Below are positions 42,942-51,433 of a stretch of 64,000 nucleotides of DNA, one piece after another. The notes under the pieces were generated by a model. The model worked only from the letters and a program-made list of their open reading frames with translations. It was not told the origin of the DNA and made no database searches. Every line of letters begins with the position of its first letter. Positions within the stretch are counted from its first letter, which is position 1. The DNA comes from Elusimicrobiota bacterium (lineage in GTDB: Bacteria > Elusimicrobiota > Elusimicrobia > UBA1565): positions 841-64,840 of the forward strand of contig JACRDU010000097.1 of NCBI GenBank assembly GCA_016218495.1, read 5' to 3'. A program made the position numbers and the translations under genes.

Positions 42942-43032
42942 GGGTTCCGCCACCCTCGGAGGACCCCCCCGGACTTAGGCCCTTTGCCCCTCCCCCTCCC
43001 CGCGCTGTCCGGCTAAATTCAGGGCAGAGACC

Positions 43033-43947
43033 ATGTCACGACACCCCATCAGCACGCCGGGCCGCGCCGCCCCGCTCGTCTACCTCTCCACCGATTTCCT
43101 GCGCGCCAAGGAGTACCTGGAGGCCATCCTGGCCTCCTCCACCGACGCCATCATGACCGCCGACGTCAGGGGCCGCATCGTCTACTGGTCCCCCGGCGCC
43201 GAGAGGATGGTGGGGCTCAAGGCCGCCGCCGTGGTGGGCCGCCCCGCCAGGGAGCTGTACGCCGGGGGCCGCGAGGAGGCCGAGCGCATCCAGCGCCGTC
43301 TGCTCCTCGAAAAATCCTTCTCCGACCTGGAGACCGTCATCTTAGGCAGCGACGGGCGCCCCGTCCCGGTCAGCCTGTCGGCCTCCCTCATACACGACCG
43401 CCGCGGGGCCGTCATCGGCACGCTGGGCATCGCCAAGGACATCAGCCGCCGCATGGAGCTGGAGCGCCGCCTGCGCGAGCTGTCCATCACCGACGAGCTG
43501 ACCGGCCTCTTCAACCAGCGCCACTTCAACGAACGCTTCGCCTCCGAGATCGCCCGCGCCCGCCGCATGCGCCAGGAGGTCTCCCTCATCCTCATCGACC
43601 TCGACCGCTTCAAGGAGGCCAACGACCGCTTCGGCCACCTCTATGGCAACAAGATCCTGCGCGCCACCGCCGACCTGCTGCGCAAAGCCATCCGCAAGGA
43701 CGTCGACATGGCCTTCCGCTACGGCGGCGACGAGTTCATCCTCCTGATGCCCGGCGTCGACGAGGCGGGCTCGGCCCGCGTGGCCGACCGCCTGCGCTCC
43801 GCCGTCCCCGAGCAGGCCTATGCCCGGCTCGTCACCCTCAGCGTCGGCCGGGCTACCCTGCGCGCCAAAGAGACGCCCGCCGCCTTCCTCAAGCGCGCCG
43901 ACAAGCGGATGTACGCCGCCAAGCGCGCGCGCAAGATCGCCCGATAA
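43033..43947 (+). CDS. PAS-GGDEF diguanylate cyclase
   Basis: 304-aa ORF with a PAS-like N-terminal half (…ILASSTDAIMTADVRGRIVYWSPGAERM…) and a GGDEF domain (…DELTGLFNQRHF…LILIDLDRFKEANDRFGH…AFRYGGDEFILLMPG…). Confidence 0.9.
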   Translation: MSRHPISTPGRAAPLVYLSTDFLRAKEYLEAILASSTDAIMTADVRGRIVYWSPGAERMVGLKAAAVVGRPARELYAGGREEAERIQRRLLLEKSFSDLETVILGSDGRPVPVSLSASLIHDRRGAVIGTLGIAKDISRRMELERRLRELSITDELTGLFNQRHFNERFASEIARARRMRQEVSLILIDLDRFKEANDRFGHLYGNKILRATADLLRKAIRKDVDMAFRYGGDEFILLMPGVDEAGSARVADRLRSAVPEQAYARLVTLSVGRATLRAKETPAAFLKRADKRMYAAKRARKIAR

Positions 43948-43963
43948 CTTGTAAATTCTCGCT

Positions 43964-45085
43964 ATGGCGTCCGACCTCCGCGCCTGCGCGCGCGATGCCC
44001 GCCGCATCGTCGTCAAAGTCGGCTCGGGCGTCCTCTCCGGACGCGCGCAGGGCCTCGACGCCGCCGTCATCGCCCGCCTGGCCCGCGAGGTGGCCCAGGC
44101 CCGGGCCGCGGGGCGCGAGGTCCTCATCGTCTCCTCGGGCGCCATCCTGGCCGGGCGCCAGCGCCTGAAGCTCTCCGGCCGGCCCAGCATCGAGCTCAAA
44201 CAGGCCGCCGCCGCGGTGGGCCAGAGCCGCCTGATGCGGACCTGGGAGGCGGCCCTGGCCCGCTCGCGGCTGACGGCGGCGCAGGTGCTGCTGACCTCCG
44301 ACGACCTCAAGGACCGCGAGCGCTACCTCAACGCGCGCAACACCCTGCTGACCCTGCTCGGGCTCGGCGTCGTCCCCGTCGTCAACGAGAACGACACCGT
44401 GGCCGTCGAGGAGATCAAGTTCGGCGACAACGACGGCCTCTCCGCCCTGGTCGCCGGCCTAGTGGACGCCCGGCTGCTGGTCCTGCTCACCGACCAGCCG
44501 GGCATCTTCACCGCGGACCCGCGAAAGGACCCCTCCGCCCGGAGGATAGCCGCCTTCGCGCCGGGGGAGGCGCCGCCCGCGCTGGGAGCGGCCGGCCCGC
44601 TGGGCACGGGCGGGATGGCCTCCAAGGCCCGCGCGGCCGCGCAGGCGGCGGCCGGAGGCATCGCCGCCGTCATCGCCGACGGCACCGTGCCCGGCACCCT
44701 GAGCGCCGTCCTGGCCGGAGAGGAGGCGGGGACCTTCTTTGCGCCGGCGGAGCGCCCGCCGGCCAAACGCCGGCAATGGCTGGCGTTCGCCGCCCGCCCC
44801 AAGGGCCGCATCCTCGTCGACGCCGGGGCCCGCGCCGCCCTCGTCGAGCGCGGCAAGAGCCTGCTGCCCACCGGGGTCAAGGGGGCGTCCGGCACCTTCG
44901 AGCGCGGCGACCCCGTCGGCCTCTACGAAGGCGGGCGCGAGTTCGCCCGGGGCCTGACGAACTTCTCCTCGGCGGACCTGGCGCGCATCAAAGGGCTCAA
45001 GACCTCGCAGATAGAGGCCGTCCTCGGCAGCAAGCCCGCAGACGAGGTGGTCCACCGCGACAACCTGGCGGTCAACGCCGCATGA
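43964..45085 (+). CDS. proB: Glutamate 5-kinase
   Basis: 373-aa ORF: …RIVVKVGSGVL…, …VVNENDTVAVEEIKFGDND…, and a C-terminal PUA domain. ATGA overlap with proA. Confidence 0.95.
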   Translation: MASDLRACARDARRIVVKVGSGVLSGRAQGLDAAVIARLAREVAQARAAGREVLIVSSGAILAGRQRLKLSGRPSIELKQAAAAVGQSRLMRTWEAALARSRLTAAQVLLTSDDLKDRERYLNARNTLLTLLGLGVVPVVNENDTVAVEEIKFGDNDGLSALVAGLVDARLLVLLTDQPGIFTADPRKDPSARRIAAFAPGEAPPALGAAGPLGTGGMASKARAAAQAAAGGIAAVIADGTVPGTLSAVLAGEEAGTFFAPAERPPAKRRQWLAFAARPKGRILVDAGARAALVERGKSLLPTGVKGASGTFERGDPVGLYEGGREFARGLTNFSSADLARIKGLKTSQIEAVLGSKPADEVVHRDNLAVNAA

Positions 45086-46344
45086 GGGCGCGATTCGATG
45101 TCGAGAGGATGGCCCGGTCCGCCAAGGAAGCCTCGTGCGCCCTGGCCAAGGCTCCGACCTCCCTGAAGAACGCGGCCCTGCGCGCCATGGCGCGGGCCCT
45201 GCGCAAGGCCGGGCCGCTCGTGCTGTCCGCCAACGCCGCGGACATGGCCGGAGCCAAGGGCAGGAGCTCGGCCTTCATGGACCGCCTGCGCCTCGACCCC
45301 GGACGCCTCGAGAAGGCCGCCAGGGCCCTGGAGTCCGTGGCCGCCCTGCCCGACCCGGTGGGACGGGTCACCCCGTTCGCCCGGCGGCCCAACGGATTGC
45401 GCATCGAGCGCATGCGGGTCCCCCTGGGGGTCGTGGCCATCATCTACGAATCACGGCCCGGGGTCACGGCCGATGCCGCCGGGCTGTGCATCAAGTCGGG
45501 CAATGCCGCCATCCTGCGCGGAGGGAAGGAGGCGTTCCGCACCAATGCCGCCATCGCGCGCGCCCTGCAGGAAGGCCTGCGCAAGGCGGGCCTCCCGGCG
45601 GGCTCGGCGGGGTTCGTCTCCGACCCCGGCCGCGCCGCGGTGCGCAGGCTCCTGACGCTCGACTCCCTCGTCGACCTCGTCATCCCGCGCGGCGGCCCCG
45701 AGCTGACCACCGCCGTGAGGCGCGAGTCCCTCATCCCCGTCATGGCCCACGACAAGGGCCTGTGCCACACCTATGTGGACGCCGCCGCCGACCTGGCGAT
45801 GGCCGAAGAGGTGGCCTTCAACGCCAAGGCCGAGCGGCCGGGGGTCTGCAACGCGATGGAGACCCTGCTCGTGCACCGCGCCGTCGCAGGCAGGCTCCTC
45901 CCCCCCCTCGCCGCCCGCTACGCAGGGGCCGGCGTCGAGCTGCGCGGCTGTCTTGCCACGCGGCGCATCCTGCCCGCGGCGAAGGCCGCCGCCGCGTCGG
46001 ATTGGGACACCGAATATCTGGACCTCGTGCTCTCCATCAAGGTGGTCTCCTCCCTCGACGAGGCCATCGCCCACATCGCCCGGCACGGGTCCGGGCTGGC
46101 CGAGTCCATCATCACCCGGAACCCGCGGGCGGCGGCACGGTTCCTGAGGGAGGTGGACGCCGGGGCTGTATACCACAACGCCTCGACCCGCTTCACCGAC
46201 GGCGGCGAGTTCGGCCTGGGCGCGGAGATGGGCATCAGCACCCAGAAGCTGCACGCCCGCGGCCCGGTGGCCCTCGAGGGGCTGACCTGCGAGAAGTTCC
46301 TGGTGCGCGGCACCGGGCAGGTGCGCGATTCGGGGGCCCGGTGA
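45082..46344 (+). CDS. proA: Gamma-glutamyl phosphate reductase
   Basis: Internal ATG 45082 of ORF 44776..46344. Motifs: …[16 protein letters not shown]…, …[11 protein letters not shown]…, …[10 protein letters not shown]…, and …[11 protein letters not shown]…. Confidence 0.95.
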   Translation: MRARFDVERMARSAKEASCALAKAPTSLKNAALRAMARALRKAGPLVLSANAADMAGAKGRSSAFMDRLRLDPGRLEKAARALESVAALPDPVGRVTPFARRPNGLRIERMRVPLGVVAIIYESRPGVTADAAGLCIKSGNAAILRGGKEAFRTNAAIARALQEGLRKAGLPAGSAGFVSDPGRAAVRRLLTLDSLVDLVIPRGGPELTTAVRRESLIPVMAHDKGLCHTYVDAAADLAMAEEVAFNAKAERPGVCNAMETLLVHRAVAGRLLPPLAARYAGAGVELRGCLATRRILPAAKAAAASDWDTEYLDLVLSIKVVSSLDEAIAHIARHGSGLAESIITRNPRAAARFLREVDAGAVYHNASTRFTDGGEFGLGAEMGISTQKLHARGPVALEGLTCEKFLVRGTGQVRDSGAR

Positions 46345-46817
46345 ATCGCTTCAAGGACCCCGGCTCGGACATCAGCGCCTTCGTCGGCGCGGCCCTGGTC
46401 GTCTGCCCGCGCTGCTCGGGCTGCGCCGTCTCGCGCCCGCGCGGCGGAGGCATCCCCGACGCCTCCACCCCCCGGCGGGTGAGCTGCACCGCCTGCCCGC
46501 TCAGCGGCGAGCGGGAATCCCCGGCGCCCGCCCGGGGACGCGACGACGCGCGCGACCCCTTCTTCCGCCTCCCTTTATGGCTGCAGACCCCCTGCTGCGG
46601 CGCCGTGCTCTGGGCCTTGAACGAAGACCATCTGGCCTTCCTGGAAGGCTATGTGGGGGCCGACCTGCGCCAGCGCGCCCCCGACGACGCCGGCTGGTCG
46701 AACCGCTCCACGGGGAGCCGCCTGCCTCTGTGGATCAAATCGGCCAAGAACCGGGAGGCCGTCCTCAAGGGCCTGGCCAAGCTCCGCGAGCGCCTCCGGG
46801 AGGTGCGCGGCCTATGA
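46341..46817 (+). CDS. Hypothetical Cys-rich (zinc-ribbon-like) protein
   Basis: GTG 46341 overlaps the proA stop (GTGA). The product has CPRCSGC…CTACP and …[27 protein letters not shown]…. It ends in an ATGA overlap with the next gene. Confidence 0.6.
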   Translation: MNRFKDPGSDISAFVGAALVVCPRCSGCAVSRPRGGGIPDASTPRRVSCTACPLSGERESPAPARGRDDARDPFFRLPLWLQTPCCGAVLWALNEDHLAFLEGYVGADLRQRAPDDAGWSNRSTGSRLPLWIKSAKNREAVLKGLAKLRERLREVRGL

Positions 46818-47416
46818 CGACCCCGAAAGACCTGTTCGCCAACAACCGCCGCTGGGCACGGCAGGTGACGGAGGCGGACCCCGGCTTCTTCAAGGGCCTG
46901 GCCGGCCAGCAGAAGCCCAAGTTCCTCTGGATCGGCTGCTCCGACAGCCGGGTGCCGGCCAACGAGATCGTCGGCCTCAGGCCCGGCGAGGTCTTCGTGC
47001 ACCGCAATGTGGCGAACCTCGTCATCCACACCGACATCAACTGCCTCTCGGTCCTGCAGTTCGCGGTGGACATCCTCGCGGTGGAGCATGTCATCGTCTG
47101 CGGCCATTACGGCTGCGGCGGCGTCCAGGCCGCCGTGGAGGACCAGCGCCACGGGCTCATCGACAACTGGCTGCGCCACATCCGGGACGTGCAGCAGCGC
47201 CATGCGGCCGCCTTGGCCAAGACCAAGGGGAAGCCCGCCATGCTCCGGCGGCTCTGCGAGCTGAACGTAGCCGAGCAGGTGCAGAACCTCGCCAACACGA
47301 CGACGGTGCAGGACGCCTGGCGGCGCCGCCAGAAGCTGACCCTGCACGGCTGGGTGTACGACCTGCGCGACGGCCTGCTGAGGGACCTGCGGGTCCCCCC
47401 GAAGAAGGTGCGATGA
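46814..47416 (+). CDS. can: Beta-class carbonic anhydrase
   Basis: Internal ATG 46814. Motifs: …[15 protein letters not shown]…FVHRNVAN…[12 protein letters not shown]…, i.e. the beta-CA Zn ligands C-D-R…H-x-x-C. Confidence 0.93.
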   Translation: MTTPKDLFANNRRWARQVTEADPGFFKGLAGQQKPKFLWIGCSDSRVPANEIVGLRPGEVFVHRNVANLVIHTDINCLSVLQFAVDILAVEHVIVCGHYGCGGVQAAVEDQRHGLIDNWLRHIRDVQQRHAAALAKTKGKPAMLRRLCELNVAEQVQNLANTTTVQDAWRRRQKLTLHGWVYDLRDGLLRDLRVPPKKVR

Positions 47417-47772
47417 CACGCCGCGTCCTGCTCGCCCTCCTGCTCGCCGCCCCGGCCCGGGCCGCCGTGACCGTGACGGCCTCCTCCTCCCCCATCCACG
47501 TCGACGCCCCCCCGCTCATGCGCCTGGGCGCGCAGCCGGCGGCGACCCCGACGGGACGGGCCTCGGTCGGCGTCGGCATGGGGCTCTCCGAGGGCAAGCC
47601 GCTGGAGATGCTGCTCTGGGGCGGCAGCGGCGCCGTCGTCGGCTCGATGGCCGGCCCGCTCGGAGCGGCCGTCGGCGGCGCGGCGGGGGCCGTGGTGGGC
47701 CTGCTCTATTCGGTCTTCGTGGTCCCGCGCGTGCAGCCCGGGCTGATTCCAGGGAACCAAAACCACCCCTAA
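47413..47772 (+). CDS. Small exported glycine-zipper protein
   Basis: Internal ATG 47413 (ATGA overlap). It has signal peptide [19 protein letters not shown] and a C-terminal Gly-zipper, [29 protein letters not shown]. Confidence 0.6.
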   Translation: MTRRVLLALLLAAPARAAVTVTASSSPIHVDAPPLMRLGAQPAATPTGRASVGVGMGLSEGKPLEMLLWGGSGAVVGSMAGPLGAAVGGAAGAVVGLLYSVFVVPRVQPGLIPGNQNHP

Positions 47773-47803
47773 AACGTACTTGCATCGGGGCCATTCGTCG
47801 GCC

Positions 47804-47831
47804 TTGACATATATAGCGTATATGCTATACT
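47804..47831 (+). promoter_or_regulatory. AT-rich promoter-like region with a 6-6-6 palindrome upstream of the toxin-antitoxin pair
   Basis: TTGACA (47804-09), 16 nt, TATACT (47826-31), with an embedded inverted repeat TATAGC-gtatat-GCTATA (47812-47829). The -10 abuts ATG 47832, so either the promoter or the start assignment is imperfect. Confidence 0.4.
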
Positions 47832-48197
47832 ATGAACGATGCTCGCTTTAGAATCCGGTTCTACCGGACAGCGTCCGGCCGTTGCCAGGCCTGCGATTAC
47901 GCGCGCGCCATGGACATCACCCACCAAGCGAAGGCCAAACGCTGGTTCGTCGCCCTTTCAGAACTCGGCCCCGCTCTCCCCTCGGACTACGGGAAGCACC
48001 TCCGCGGAGGGATCTGGGAACTGCGCGTCGCCATCGGGCACCACCAGCACCGGTTTCTCTATGCCTTCATGCGCGATGTCGTCGTCGTCACGAACGCATT
48101 CCTAAAGAGGTCGCGGCGTGTTCCGGATGAACAGATTGAGACCGCTCTGAAGGCTTTGGAAGATTGGGTCGCACGGCGCGGATGGGAGGAGACATGA
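47832..48197 (+). CDS. Type II toxin, RelE/HigB superfamily (Gp49/DUF891-like)
   Basis: 121-aa ORF: …IRFYRTASGRC…GGIWELRV…HRFLYAFMRDVVVVTNAFLKRSRRVP…. There is an ATGA overlap with a downstream XRE-HTH gene, which is the toxin-first HigBA order. Confidence 0.75.
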   Translation: MNDARFRIRFYRTASGRCQACDYARAMDITHQAKAKRWFVALSELGPALPSDYGKHLRGGIWELRVAIGHHQHRFLYAFMRDVVVVTNAFLKRSRRVPDEQIETALKALEDWVARRGWEET

Positions 48198-48487
48198 AGG
48201 CGAAGGAGAAAGCGGGTCTGGCGCTTGAGGAGGTTTTCAGGCTTTCACAAGAAGACCCCCGATGGAAGGCCGCTTATGCGAGGGCCGACATCGAGGTGCA
48301 AGTCGCCATCGACATCGCGAAGGCCCGGGCGGCGGCCAAGCTGACGCAAGAAGAGTTGGCCAAGGCCGTGGGAACGACTCAGTCCGTCATCTCGCGCATC
48401 GAACGCGTGGACCAGAACCTGACTATCCAAACACTATCCCGCATCGCGGGGGCACTCCGACGGAGCCTCGTCGTGGAGTTTCGCTGA
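48194..48487 (+). CDS. Type II antitoxin, XRE-family HTH (HigA-like)
   Basis: Internal ATG 48194, preceded by GGAGGAG. The HTH reads LTQEELAKAVGTTQSVISRIERVDQNLTIQTLSRIAGAL. Confidence 0.8.
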   Translation: MKAKEKAGLALEEVFRLSQEDPRWKAAYARADIEVQVAIDIAKARAAAKLTQEELAKAVGTTQSVISRIERVDQNLTIQTLSRIAGALRRSLVVEFR

Positions 48488-48602
48488 ACGAAGGGTAAAG
48501 CGATGACGGGCGAGCCGCCATGAGACCCTCGGTTGCCCACGACTCCCCATCGAACTGGAAGCATGCCTGACACAGCCTGACATCTCCGACCTCGTCCGAC
48601 GA

Positions 48603-49103
48603 ATGCCTGCCGGCCTAGGCTATATCATGGAACAACAGGACCCCTTCAAGATCGGACAGCTCTCCAAGGAACTCGTCGCCGGGCGCTTGGCCGGCATCGA
48701 GGACCCCTGCGCCGCCGCCGCGGACACCATCAAGAAGACCCTCGTCGTGGCGCTCAAGGCCATGCCCGACGGCGACTCGCGCCGGGCGCAGGCCATCGAG
48801 GAGGCCGTGCGCGGCGGCCTGCAGGGCGTCATCCTGGGCGACCACGACTTCGCCAAGGCCGGCATGCTCACTCTGCAGGGCATGGCGGACCTGGCCATGG
48901 ACATGCACCTCGACCCCACCGGGACCCTCGAAGCCGTCCTGCGCGGCTTCGCCGGGCTCAAGCGCCTCGTGGCCCCGCAGAAGATGGACTCCCTGCGCCA
49001 CGCCATCGACGCCGAGTACATGGGCGCCGGGATGGTGCTCTCGGAGCTCCTGTCGCGCCAGCCGGACCCCGGCCGGCGCGAGCAGGGCTCCCCCGCCTCC
49101 TAA
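48603..49103 (+). CDS. Hypothetical protein
   Basis: 166-aa ORF with good composition (ATG 48627, MEQQDP…, is an alternative start). I recognise no family. It converges on, and overlaps by 4 nt, the rubrerythrin-like gene. Confidence 0.5.
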   Translation: MPAGLGYIMEQQDPFKIGQLSKELVAGRLAGIEDPCAAAADTIKKTLVVALKAMPDGDSRRAQAIEEAVRGGLQGVILGDHDFAKAGMLTLQGMADLAMDMHLDPTGTLEAVLRGFAGLKRLVAPQKMDSLRHAIDAEYMGAGMVLSELLSRQPDPGRREQGSPAS

Positions 49104-49579
49104 CCCCGCCGCGCGTCGAGCGCCGCCTGGTAGAGGTCCGCGTGCTGCTTCTCCACCCGGGCGAGGTGGGCGAAGCGCTTGCGCGCCGTCTCGAGCATCT
49201 TAGCGAAGCGGGCGTCATGCTCGCGCGACTCGGCCGCCTGCTCCCGAAACTCGGCCACGGCCGCCTCCCGCCCCTCCTCGGCGGCCGTCTTCTCGAAGCC
49301 GGGATACATCACGGTGTGCTCATAGCGCTCTCCGGCAACGGCCGCCTCGAGGATCTTCTCCACCGTCATCGTGTCGGGCGGATAGAGCAGCGCCAGATGG
49401 GCGTGGGCATGCCCGGTCTCGGCTTCGGCCGTCTCCTCGAAGAGCTCCGCCGCCTCCGTGTCGCCGAGCTGGCGGGCCAGCTTGGCGAAGTACAGGTACT
49501 TGCGGTTAGCCATCGACTCCCCCGCGAAGGCCGTCTCCAGGTTCCTCTTGGTAAGACTCTGCGCCGCTGCTTCGTTCAT
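49100..49579 (-). CDS. Rubrerythrin/ferritin-like diiron protein without rubredoxin domain
   Basis: ORF 49100..49582. AGGAGG (49589-84) lies 4 nt before ATG 49579. Motifs: …NLETAFAGESMANRKYLYFA…AEAETGHAHAH…GERYEHTVMYP…ESREHDARF…. Confidence 0.75.
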   Translation of the reverse strand: MNEAAAQSLTKRNLETAFAGESMANRKYLYFAKLARQLGDTEAAELFEETAEAETGHAHAHLALLYPPDTMTVEKILEAAVAGERYEHTVMYPGFEKTAAEEGREAAVAEFREQAAESREHDARFAKMLETARKRFAHLARVEKQHADLYQAALDARRG

Positions 49580-49588
49580 CACCCCTCC

Positions 49589-49605
49589 TTTAGAATAATT
49601 CTAAA
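49589..49605. promoter_or_regulatory. Fur/PerR-type 8-1-8 palindromic box directly upstream of the rubrerythrin-like gene
   Basis: TTTAGAAT-A-ATTCTAAA is a perfect inverted repeat. It abuts the Shine-Dalgarno sequence and overlaps a minus-strand TATATT hexamer (49609-49604). Confidence 0.55.
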
Positions 49606-49622
49606 TATACGACCAAAAAAAT

Positions 49623-50039
49623 TCATCCCCTCTCACCCCTCACCAGCACCTCCACGCCCTTCACCTTATAGCGCCCGCCGAGGCGGGCGCTGACCGCCAC
49701 CGCGTCCAGAGGGATGTCCTCGAGCCGCCCCGTCTTCTCGTCGAGGAAATGGTGGTGCTCCGCGACGTTGTCGTCGTAGACGACCTTGTCGGTGTGCGGC
49801 AGGCGAAGCTCCTTCAGCAGGCCCGCCCGCACCAGCGCCCCCAGGGTGTTGTAGACGGTGGCCAGGCTCATCTTCTGGAGGTTGGCGTCCGCCCAGGACT
49901 TCACCGTGTCGGCGCAGGGATGGTCCGCCTCGCACAGGACGAAGCGGCAGACGGCGATGCGCTGGGCGGTGGGCCGGATGCGGGCCGCGCGCAGGCGCTC
50001 CTCTATCTGAGCCGGGGTCAGGCAGGCCTTATGCTTCAC
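49623..50039 (-). CDS. Fur-family transcriptional regulator (PerR-like by context)
   Basis: 138-aa ORF (GTG start): …RIRPTAQRIAVCRFVL…SLATVYNTLGALVRAGLL…DDNVAEHHHFL…. It lacks the C-terminal CxxC pairs. Confidence 0.85.
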   Translation of the reverse strand: MKHKACLTPAQIEERLRAARIRPTAQRIAVCRFVLCEADHPCADTVKSWADANLQKMSLATVYNTLGALVRAGLLKELRLPHTDKVVYDDNVAEHHHFLDEKTGRLEDIPLDAVAVSARLGGRYKVKGVEVLVRGERG

Positions 50040-50042
50040 TTA

Positions 50043-50059
50043 TTTAGAATAACTCTAAA
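50043..50059. promoter_or_regulatory. Second Fur/PerR-type box, upstream of the fur-family gene and divergent from the permease
   Basis: TTTAGAATAACTCTAAA matches box 1 at 16 of 17 positions. It is followed by a further half-site, GTTAGAATC (50060-50068), and lies 4 nt from GTG 50039. Confidence 0.55.
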
Positions 50060-50119
50060 GTTAGAATCTGTCAAGGCCCATCCTGCCGGGGCTCCCGGTT
50101 TGTCGTACAATGGCCGGGC

Positions 50120-51433
50120 ATGGAAAAGACCACCCTGTCGCGCAGCCTGGGCCTCACCTCCGCCGTCTGCCTCGTCGCCGGCTCCGTCATAGGCTCCGGA
50201 GTGTTCCTCGTCGCCTCCGACATCCTGCGCGCCGTGCCCTCCCCCGTGCCGGGCCTGAGCGTCTGGCTGGTGGCCGGCGTGCTGAGCCTGCTCGGCGGCC
50301 TGACCTTCGCCGAGCTCGGCGCGATGTTCCAGGGCGCCGGGGGGCAGTACGTCTATCTGCGCGAGGCCTTCGGGCCGCTGCCCGGCTTCCTCTACGGCTG
50401 GACCCTGTTCTGGGTCATCCAGGCCGGCTCCATCGCCGCCGTGGCCATCGCCTTCGCCCAGTACTTCTCCGCCTTCGTGCCGATGGGCCCGACCGGCGTG
50501 AAGCTGGTGGGCTCCGCCGTCATCGTGCTGCTCTCGCTGCTCAATATGAAGGGCGTGGAGAAGGGCGCCGCCGTGCTCGACACGGTCACGGGCTTCAAGG
50601 CGCTGGCCCTGGTGGCCATCGCGGCCGCGGGGCTGCTCCTGCCGGCCCAGGCCCCCCTCTCCGGCGCCTGGACCTTCTCGGTGCCCGCCTACGGCGTGGC
50701 CCTCATCGCGGCCTTCTGGGCCTACGACGGCTGGAACAACGTGACCTTCGTGGCCGGGGAGATCCGCGACCCGCAGCGCAACGTCCCGCTGGCTCTGGCC
50801 ATCGGGCTGGCCGGGGTGACTCTGCTCTATCTGGGCGCCAACCTGGCCTACTCGCGGATGCTGCCGGTCGGGGCCATCTCGGGCTCCTCCTTCGTCGCCG
50901 CCGACGCCGCCCGCGCGATGGGCGGGGACGGCTGGGCCCGGGCGATGAGCGCCCTGGTGCTGGTCAGCACCTTCGGCTGCGTGAACGGGATGATCCTGGC
51001 CGGCCCGCGCGTCACCTACGCGATGGCCGACGACGGCCACCTGCCCTCCTGGTTCGCCTTCGTGCATCCCAAGTGGCGCGTGCCCACCAACGCGCTGACC
51101 GCGCAGATGGCCTGGTCGGTCCTCTTGGTATGGTCGGGGCGCTACGACCAGCTCTTCACCTATGTGGTCAGCGCCGCCTTCATCTTCTACGGCCTGACGG
51201 CCGCCGGGGTGCTGGTCCTGCGCCGGACCCGGCCCGAGGCCGAGCGCCCCTACAAGGTCCCGCTCTACCCCGTGCTGCCGCTGGCGTACGTGCTGTTCTG
51301 CGCCGCCTTCGTGGTGAACTCCTTTCGCGAGAAGCCGATGGAGTCCGTGGCGGGCCTGGCTTTGGTGCTGCTGGGCGTTCCCGTCTTCAAGTGGTTCAAG
51401 CCGGCCGCTACTTCAGCGCCCGGCGCCGCTTGA
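50120..51433 (+). CDS. APC-superfamily amino acid permease
   Basis: 437-aa ORF with 12 TM-like segments and the N-terminal motif …LVAGSVIGSGVFLVASD…. A TACAAT hexamer (50106-50111) lies 8 nt upstream of the ATG. Confidence 0.88.
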   Translation: MEKTTLSRSLGLTSAVCLVAGSVIGSGVFLVASDILRAVPSPVPGLSVWLVAGVLSLLGGLTFAELGAMFQGAGGQYVYLREAFGPLPGFLYGWTLFWVIQAGSIAAVAIAFAQYFSAFVPMGPTGVKLVGSAVIVLLSLLNMKGVEKGAAVLDTVTGFKALALVAIAAAGLLLPAQAPLSGAWTFSVPAYGVALIAAFWAYDGWNNVTFVAGEIRDPQRNVPLALAIGLAGVTLLYLGANLAYSRMLPVGAISGSSFVAADAARAMGGDGWARAMSALVLVSTFGCVNGMILAGPRVTYAMADDGHLPSWFAFVHPKWRVPTNALTAQMAWSVLLVWSGRYDQLFTYVVSAAFIFYGLTAAGVLVLRRTRPEAERPYKVPLYPVLPLAYVLFCAAFVVNSFREKPMESVAGLALVLLGVPVFKWFKPAATSAPGAA

